From IMG/VR virus record IMGVR_UViG_2563366962_000008: DNA of 23,285 nucleotides; one strand, 5' to 3'. The DNA is from a virus (Duplodnaviria > Heunggongvirae > Uroviricota > Caudoviricetes). Shown piece after piece: positions 17,996 to 23,285 of this stretch. Below the pieces are notes generated by a model, which was not told where the DNA came from, ran no database searches, and saw only the letters and a list, made by a program, of their open reading frames with translations. How positions within the stretch are numbered: the first letter of the stretch is position 1; every line of letters begins with the position of its first letter. Position numbers and translations under genes: made by a program.

Positions 17996-20900
17996 ATGAC
18001 AGTAAAAATTTCTGGCGTGCTTAAAGATGGCACAGGAAAACCAGTACAGAACTGCACCATTGTGCTGAAGGCCAGACGAACCAGCAGCACGGTGGTGGTG
18101 AACACGGTGGCCTCTGAAAATCCGGATGAAGCCGGACGTTACAGCATGGATGTTGAGCATGGTCAGTACAGCGTCACCCTGCTGGTTGAAGGTTTTCCGC
18201 CTTCACATGCCGGGACCATTACCGTCTATGAAGGTTCCAGACCAGGTACGCTGAATGATTTTCTCGGTGCCATGACGGAGGATGATGTCCGACCGGAGGC
18301 ACTGCGCCGCTTTGAGCAGATGGTGGAAGAGGTGTCACGTAACGCCTCCGCGGTTGCACAGAATACGGCAGCCGCGAAAAAATCAGCCAGCGATGCCAGT
18401 GCATCAGCCAGCGAGGCGGCAACTCATGCAACCGATGCTGCAGCCTCAGCACGTGCCGCCAGCACGTCAGCCGGACAGGCCGCGTCGTCGGCTCAGTCAG
18501 CGTCTTCCAGCGCAGGAACGGCATCGACAAAGGCCCGTGAAGCAGCAAAAAGTGCTGCTGCTGCAGAGTCATCAAAAAGCGCGGCAGCTACCAGCGCCAG
18601 TGCCGCGAAAACGTCAGAAACGAATGCCGCAGCGTCACAACAATCAGCAGCCACTTCTGCATCCACCGCGACCACGAAAGCGTCAGAAGCAGCCACTTCA
18701 GCACGGGATGCGTCGGCTTCAAAAGAGGCGGCAAAATCATCAGAAACGAACGCAGCCTCGAGCGCCAGCAGCGCAGCTTCCTCGGCAACGGCGGCAGCAA
18801 ATTCTGCGAAGGCGGCAAAAACGTCCGAGACGAACGCCAGGTCTTCTGAAACGGCAGCGGGACAGAGCGCCTCAGCTGCGGCAGACTCAAAAACAGCGGC
18901 TGCATTATCTGCCAGTGCCGCGTCAACAAGTGCCGGGCAGGCCTCAGCCAGTGCCACCGCCGCCGGAAAATCGGCAGAAAGTGCTGCATCGTCTGCTTCA
19001 ACAGCCACAACGAAGGCTGGCGAAGCCGCTGTACAGGCCAGCGCAGCAGCGAGGTCTGCTTCCGCAGCGAAGACATCCAAGACGAACGCGAAAGCGTCGG
19101 AAACCAGCGCAGAATCCTCAAAAACGGCTGCCGCATCGTCCGCCAGTTCGGCGGCGTCATCGGCATCATCTGCGTCTGCTTCAAAAGATGAGGCGACCAG
19201 ACAGGCGTCAGCAGCAAAGGGCAGCGCCACGACGGCATCCACGAAGGCGACAGAGGCAGCTGGCAGTGCGACGGCGGCAGCTCAGAGCAAAAGTACGGCG
19301 GAATCCGCGGCAACGCGCGCTGAGACAGCGGCAAAACGGGCAGAGGATATTGCATCCGCCGTGGCGCTTGAGGATGCGAGCACGACGAAAAAGGGGATAG
19401 TACAGCTCAGCAGTGCGACTAACAGCACTTCCGAGTCACTGGCGGCAACGCCAAAAGCCGTTAAGGCCGCGTATGAGCTGGCTAACGGGAAATACACCGC
19501 ACAGGATGCAACGACAGCACAGAAAGGGATAGTTCAGCTTAGCAACGCGACCAACAGCACATCTGAAATGCTGGCGGCAACGCCAAAGTCGGTAAAGGCA
19601 GCCTATGACCTTGCTAACGGGAAATATACTGCTCAGGACGCTACGACAGCACAAAAAGGAATTGTCCAGCTCAGTAGTGCAACCAACAGCACATCTGAAA
19701 TGCTGGCGGCAACGCCAAAGTCGGTAAAGGCAGCCTATGACCTTGCTAACGGGAAATATACTGCTCAGGACGCTACGACAGCACAAAAAGGAATTGTCCA
19801 GCTCAGTAGTGCAACCAACAGCACATCTGAAATGCTGGCGGCAACGCCAAAGTCGGTAAAGGCAGCCTATGACCTTGCTAACGGGAAATATACTGCTCAG
19901 GACGCTACGACAGCACAAAAAGGAATTGTCCAGCTCAGTAGTGCAACCAACAGCACATCTGAAATGCTGGCGGCAACGCCAAAGTCGGTAAAGGCAGCCT
20001 ATGACCTTGCTAACGGGAAATATACTGCTCAGGACGCTACGACAGCACAAAAAGGAATTGTCCAGCTCAGTAGTGCAACCAACAGCGCATCTGAAACGCT
20101 TGCCGCGACACCGAAAGCAGTGAAAGCAGCTAATAATAATGCGAATGGTCGGGTACCTTCTGCCCGTAAGGTGAATGGTAAGGCGCTTTCAGCGGATATA
20201 ACACTGACGCCGAAAGATATTGGTACGCTTAACTCAACAACAATGTCATTCAGCGGTGGTGCTGGTTGGTTCAAATTAGCAACGGTAACCATGCCACAGG
20301 CGAGTTCTGTTGTTTCAATTACGTTGATTGGTGGTGCGGGATTTAACGTGGGGTCACCTCAACAGGCAGGTATATCTGAACTTGTTTTGCGTGCAGGTAA
20401 TGGTAATCCGAAGGGGATTACTGGTGCTTTATGGCAGCGCACATCGACAGGGTTTACAAATTTTGCCTGGGTCAATACATCTGGTGATACTTACGATATT
20501 TACGTTGCAATCGGAAATTATGCGACTGGTGTAAATATTCAATGGGATTATACCAGTAATGCCAGCGTGACGATTCATACGTCACCAGCATATTCTGCTA
20601 ATAAGCCGGAAGGGTTAACGGACGGTACAGTTTATTCACTCTATACGCCATCAGAGCAGTTTTATCCGCCTGGCGCACCAATCCCGTGGCCATCAGATAC
20701 CGTTCCGTCTGGCTATGCCCTGATGCAGGGGCAGACTTTTGACAAATCTGCATACCCGAAACTTGCAGCCGCTTATCCGTCAGGCGTGATCCCTGATATG
20801 CGTGGCTGGACGATTAAGGGCAAACCCGCCAGTGGTCGTGCCGTATTGTCTCAGGAACAGGACGGCATTAAATCGCACACCCACAGCGCCAGCGCATCCA

Positions 20901-21367
20901 GTACGGATTTGGGGACGAAAAACACATCGTCGTTTGATTACGGAACCAAATCCACGAATAACACCGGGGCGCATACGCACAGTCTGAGTGGCTCTACGGG
21001 GTCTGCCGGTGATCATACTCATGGTAATGGTATTCGTTGGCCAGGAGGCGGCGGTTCTGCGTTAGCATTTTATGATGGCGGTGGGTTCACTTATGTCCAG
21101 GATTCACAGTATCAAGTAAGCCCGGGGACTTCTTCCCGTAGATCGTATTATCAACGTATTCAGACACAGTCAGCAGGTGCTCATACCCACTCGCTGTCTG
21201 GTACTGCAGCAAGTTCTGGCGCACATGCACATACTGTAGGTATTGGTGCGCATACGCACTCCGTTGCGATTGGTTCACATGGACACACCATCACCGTTAA
21301 CGCTGCTGGTAACGCGGAAAACACCGTCAAAAACATCGCATTTAACTATATTGTGAGGCTTGCATAA
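17996..21367 (+). CDS. stf: Side tail fibre protein Stf, intact, with Ala/Ser/Thr-rich shaft, internal 44-aa tandem repeats and His-rich C-terminal tip
   Basis: 1123-aa ORF; N-terminus [26 protein letters not shown]...[38 protein letters not shown] and C-terminus ...[31 protein letters not shown] match lambda Stf as recalled; TAATG overlap with tfa. Confidence 0.9.
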   Translation: MTVKISGVLKDGTGKPVQNCTIVLKARRTSSTVVVNTVASENPDEAGRYSMDVEHGQYSVTLLVEGFPPSHAGTITVYEGSRPGTLNDFLGAMTEDDVRPEALRRFEQMVEEVSRNASAVAQNTAAAKKSASDASASASEAATHATDAAASARAASTSAGQAASSAQSASSSAGTASTKAREAAKSAAAAESSKSAAATSASAAKTSETNAAASQQSAATSASTATTKASEAATSARDASASKEAAKSSETNAASSASSAASSATAAANSAKAAKTSETNARSSETAAGQSASAAADSKTAAALSASAASTSAGQASASATAAGKSAESAASSASTATTKAGEAAVQASAAARSASAAKTSKTNAKASETSAESSKTAAASSASSAASSASSASASKDEATRQASAAKGSATTASTKATEAAGSATAAAQSKSTAESAATRAETAAKRAEDIASAVALEDASTTKKGIVQLSSATNSTSESLAATPKAVKAAYELANGKYTAQDATTAQKGIVQLSNATNSTSEMLAATPKSVKAAYDLANGKYTAQDATTAQKGIVQLSSATNSTSEMLAATPKSVKAAYDLANGKYTAQDATTAQKGIVQLSSATNSTSEMLAATPKSVKAAYDLANGKYTAQDATTAQKGIVQLSSATNSTSEMLAATPKSVKAAYDLANGKYTAQDATTAQKGIVQLSSATNSASETLAATPKAVKAANNNANGRVPSARKVNGKALSADITLTPKDIGTLNSTTMSFSGGAGWFKLATVTMPQASSVVSITLIGGAGFNVGSPQQAGISELVLRAGNGNPKGITGALWQRTSTGFTNFAWVNTSGDTYDIYVAIGNYATGVNIQWDYTSNASVTIHTSPAYSANKPEGLTDGTVYSLYTPSEQFYPPGAPIPWPSDTVPSGYALMQGQTFDKSAYPKLAAAYPSGVIPDMRGWTIKGKPASGRAVLSQEQDGIKSHTHSASASSTDLGTKNTSSFDYGTKSTNNTGAHTHSLSGSTGSAGDHTHGNGIRWPGGGGSALAFYDGGGFTYVQDSQYQVSPGTSSRRSYYQRIQTQSAGAHTHSLSGTAASSGAHAHTVGIGAHTHSVAIGSHGHTITVNAAGNAENTVKNIAFNYIVRLA
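19373..20131 (+). repeat. In-frame tandem array of 132-bp (44-codon) units inside stf, about 5.7 copies
   Basis: Units begin at 19373, 19505, 19637, 19769, 19901 and 20033 (partial); units 3-5 are identical at nucleotide level, units 1, 2 and 6 diverged; each encodes [44 protein letters not shown]. Confidence 0.85.
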
Positions 21368-21951
21368 TGGCATTCAGAATGAGTGAACAAGCACGGACCA
21401 TAAAAATTTATAATCTGCTGGCCGGAACTAATGAATTTATTGGTGAAGGTGACGCATATATTCCGCCTCATACAGGTCTGCCAGCAAACAGTACCGATAT
21501 TGCACCACCAGATATTCCTGCTGGCTTTGTGGCTGTTTTCAACAGTGATGAGGCATCGTGGCATCTCGTTGAAGACCATCGGGGTAAAACGGTTTATGAC
21601 GTAGCGTCAGGGGACGAGTTATTTATTTCTGAACTCGGTCCGTTACCGGAAAATGTTACCTGGTTATCGCCGGAAGGGGAGTTTCAGAAGTGGAACGGCA
21701 CAGCCTGGGTGAAGGATACGGAAGCAGAAAAAATGTTCCGGATCCGGGAGGCGGAAGAAACAAAAAACAACCTGATGCAGGTAGCCAGTGAGCATATTGC
21801 GCCGCTTCAGGATGCTGCAGATCTGGAAATTGCAACGGAGGAAGAAACCTCATTGCTGGAAGCCTGGAAAAAGTATCGGGTGTTGCTGAACCGTGTTGAT
21901 ACATCAACTGCACCTGATATTGAGTGGCCTACGAACCCTGTCAGGGAGTAA
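21367..21951 (+). CDS. tfa: Tail fibre assembly protein Tfa
   Basis: 194-aa ORF (lambda Tfa is 194 aa); [58 protein letters not shown] matches lambda Tfa as recalled. Confidence 0.9.
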   Translation: MAFRMSEQARTIKIYNLLAGTNEFIGEGDAYIPPHTGLPANSTDIAPPDIPAGFVAVFNSDEASWHLVEDHRGKTVYDVASGDELFISELGPLPENVTWLSPEGEFQKWNGTAWVKDTEAEKMFRIREAEETKNNLMQVASEHIAPLQDAADLEIATEEETSLLEAWKKYRVLLNRVDTSTAPDIEWPTNPVRE

Positions 21952-22000
21952 TCATTGGGATTATGCCGCAGCACGTCTTAAGCAAGAACGTGCTGCGGTT
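21787..22000 (+). repeat. Direct repeat copy 1: tfa 3' end plus ~50 bp downstream
   Basis: ~215-bp segment (...catattgcgccgcttcaggatgctgcagatctggaaattgcaacggaggaag...cctgtcagggagtaatcattgggattatgccgcag...acgtgctgcggtt) recurs at 22836-23050 in the same orientation, roughly 85-90% identical by eye. Confidence 0.75.
21966..21998. terminator. Perfect 11-bp inverted repeat (stem-loop) between convergent tfa and the methyltransferase gene; possible bidirectional terminator or recombination site
   Basis: CCGCAGCACGT (21966-21976), 11-nt loop, ACGTGCTGCGG (21988-21998); T-run at 22008-22014; the element is conserved, with a 1-nt insertion, at 23015-23048. Confidence 0.4.
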
Positions 22001-22005
22001 GGATG

Positions 22006-22674
22006 CTATTTTTTCCCTGAAGCGGAAAACATTACTACAGTACCTTTAACCTTGGTTTTAACATTCTCGAAATGCTCTGAGAGTATATGTGTTAAGCCTT
22101 CTTCGGAATCTTTTGTGTTTGAAAAGATGCCTTTTTGATTGTAAATGCGCATCAGTTTTTGACCGAAGCTATTGTGCACAACGCCGTCACCAAGAATTGT
22201 GGCTCCGTATAGAGTTCCATCGTCAGTTAAGGCCTGCGCCGCATTGCGTATTACACAGCTTTTTGTAGATATATTTCCAGGCAGGCAGTGAAGAAGGTAA
22301 AACATGGAAATGGAATCAAATTGACCATGTAACGCCGCGGGATAAGGTTCAAAAACATCATGGCTAATTTTATGTTTAATTTTTGATTCCCCAGCCCTTG
22401 TCGATGCCGCGTTCAGGCTAGCTTCGTTCAAATCCATTAAAGATATCAGACTACTCTCAGGTACGTGAGTAAGGTAAAACCCAGTTCCAACACCAATATC
22501 CAGATGGTTGTTACCTACATGTTCCAGAAAGTGTGGAAGAAGGTGTTCCTTTGTAGGACATCCCCATGCAAGCCGATTTGATACTCCCAAAACCCACCAG
22601 TCATAAAGCTTTAGGGTAAGTGGTGTGTAAATTTTAGCCCCATCATCTGTGTTTTTTTTCATTAATTTCACCAT
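22006..22674 (-). CDS. Class I SAM-dependent methyltransferase (Rossmann-fold), substrate unknown; AT-rich moron
   Basis: 222-aa minus-strand ORF; motif I LDIGVGTGFY (D-x-G-x-G-x-G); acidic residue after beta-2 (LMDLNE); alternative start at 22662 (MKKNTDD) preceded by GGTGA; composition much more AT-rich than the phage genes. Confidence 0.65.
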   Translation of the reverse strand: MVKLMKKNTDDGAKIYTPLTLKLYDWWVLGVSNRLAWGCPTKEHLLPHFLEHVGNNHLDIGVGTGFYLTHVPESSLISLMDLNEASLNAASTRAGESKIKHKISHDVFEPYPAALHGQFDSISMFYLLHCLPGNISTKSCVIRNAAQALTDDGTLYGATILGDGVVHNSFGQKLMRIYNQKGIFSNTKDSEEGLTHILSEHFENVKTKVKGTVVMFSASGKK

Positions 22675-22730
22675 GTTATAGTTTTATTTGTGAATTAAAT
22701 CAATTATGGCGATGAATTACAAGGGGTTAA

Positions 22731-23000
22731 ATGCTGCCGCAGCATAGCGATATTGAAATAGCCTGGTATGCTTCGATACAGCAGGAGCCGAATGGCTGGA
22801 AGACCGTCACCACACAGTTCTACATCCAGGAATTCAGTGAGTATATTGCGCCACTGCAGGATGCTGTAGATCTGGAAATCGCAACGGAGGAAGAAAGATC
22901 GTTGCTGGAGGCATGGAATAAATATCGGGTATTGTTGAATCGTGTTGATACATCAACTGCACCTGATATTGAGTGGCCTGCAAATCCTGTCAGGGAGTAA
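22731..23000 (+). CDS. Tfa C-terminal-domain paralogue fragment (89 aa); either a remnant or a short expressed product
   Basis: ATG at 22731 preceded by AAGGGG; the C-terminal 52 aa ([52 protein letters not shown]) closely match the Tfa C-terminus at 21367-21951; the N-terminal 37 aa are unrelated. Confidence 0.5.
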   Translation: MLPQHSDIEIAWYASIQQEPNGWKTVTTQFYIQEFSEYIAPLQDAVDLEIATEEERSLLEAWNKYRVLLNRVDTSTAPDIEWPANPVRE

Positions 23001-23050
23001 TCATTGGGATTATGCCGCAGACACGTCGTATGCAGGAACGTGCTGCGGTT
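22836..23050 (+). repeat. Direct repeat copy 2: tfa-like 3' end plus conserved downstream stem-loop
   Basis: Matches 21787-22000; includes the inverted repeat CCGCAGACACGT ... ACGTGCTGCGG at 23015-23048. Confidence 0.75.
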
Positions 23051-23114
23051 AGTTTGTGAGCTTTCGATAGTGGTTGTTATTTTTGCCCTTATTTGTTCCG
23101 GAGGCCATGGTTCA

Positions 23115-23285
23115 ATGGTCCGTCTGCCCCCTGTGGTGATGTCAGCAAAATCAGCCACTGCGCGAACCACAATAGCCCGGGAAGATGCTGAAGATCACCA
23201 GGTAAAGCTATCAGCGCAGAAACTGGAAGAACTGCTCGCATCAATGGTTAAGGATGAGGTTGATCGCAATGATGGGATTTATTGA
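23115..23285 (+). CDS. Small hypothetical protein (about 56 aa), function unknown
   Basis: ATG at 23115 with GGAGG 10 nt upstream (23100-23104); ORF ends at a TGA at the window edge; translation MVRLPPVVMSAKSATARTTIAREDAEDHQVKLSAQKLEELLASMVKDEVDRNDGIY; the track ORF start at 23004 is TTG inside the repeat and is unlikely. Confidence 0.3.
   Translation: MVRLPPVVMSAKSATARTTIAREDAEDHQVKLSAQKLEELLASMVKDEVDRNDGIY

Noticed and set aside
18282-19400. 372-aa plus-strand ORF (Arg/Gln/Pro-rich) and several long minus-strand ORFs (18493-19242, 18588-19355, 19282-19497) within stf
   Set aside because: All lie in the Ala/Ser/Thr-rich low-complexity shaft region of stf, where GCN/NGC-rich codons leave alternative frames open; translations are compositionally absurd and lack starts with an RBS.
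19436-20050. 204-aa minus-strand ORF with internally repeated sequence ([43 protein letters not shown]...)
   Set aside because: It is simply the antisense reading of the 132-bp stf tandem repeats; its periodicity mirrors the repeat and does not indicate an independent gene.
19373-20131. Possible CRISPR array, given regularly spaced identical repeats
   Set aside because: Units are contiguous 132-bp direct repeats with no unique spacers, are in-frame within stf, and encode a coherent 44-aa protein repeat; no cas genes or leader are present.
23004-23114. Extension of the final small ORF back to a TTG at 23004 (MGLCRRHVVCRNVLRLV...)
   Set aside because: That stretch coincides with the conserved post-tfa repeat and stem-loop and has no RBS; the internal ATG at 23115 with GGAGG upstream is the more plausible start, if the ORF is real at all.

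Overview
This window is the late (morphogenetic) operon of a lambda-like siphovirus, phage or prophage, read left to right on the + strand. It runs from the 3' end of the terminase large subunit gene through the head genes (W, B, C/Nu3, D, E, FI, FII), the tail genes (Z, U, V, G, G-T, H, M, L, K, I, J), the lom moron, an intact side tail fibre gene (stf) and its assembly gene (tfa). Gene order, sizes, overlap junctions (ATGA/TAATG) and the G-T slippery site match lambda. By recollection, tail proteins M, L, K, I and most of J look near-identical to lambda, while the head proteins and the C-terminus of J are more divergent. Three things are not part of the canonical lambda layout and are the best candidates for something new: (1) an AT-rich, self-contained lipoprotein cassette inserted between I and J, directly upstream of the receptor-binding tail tip gene; (2) an AT-rich, opposite-strand class-I SAM methyltransferase gene bracketed by direct repeats of the tfa 3' end, followed by a Tfa C-domain fragment and a small unknown ORF; (3) a 132-bp in-frame tandem repeat array inside stf. 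All homology statements rest on reading the translations and memory of lambda proteins; no searches were run.
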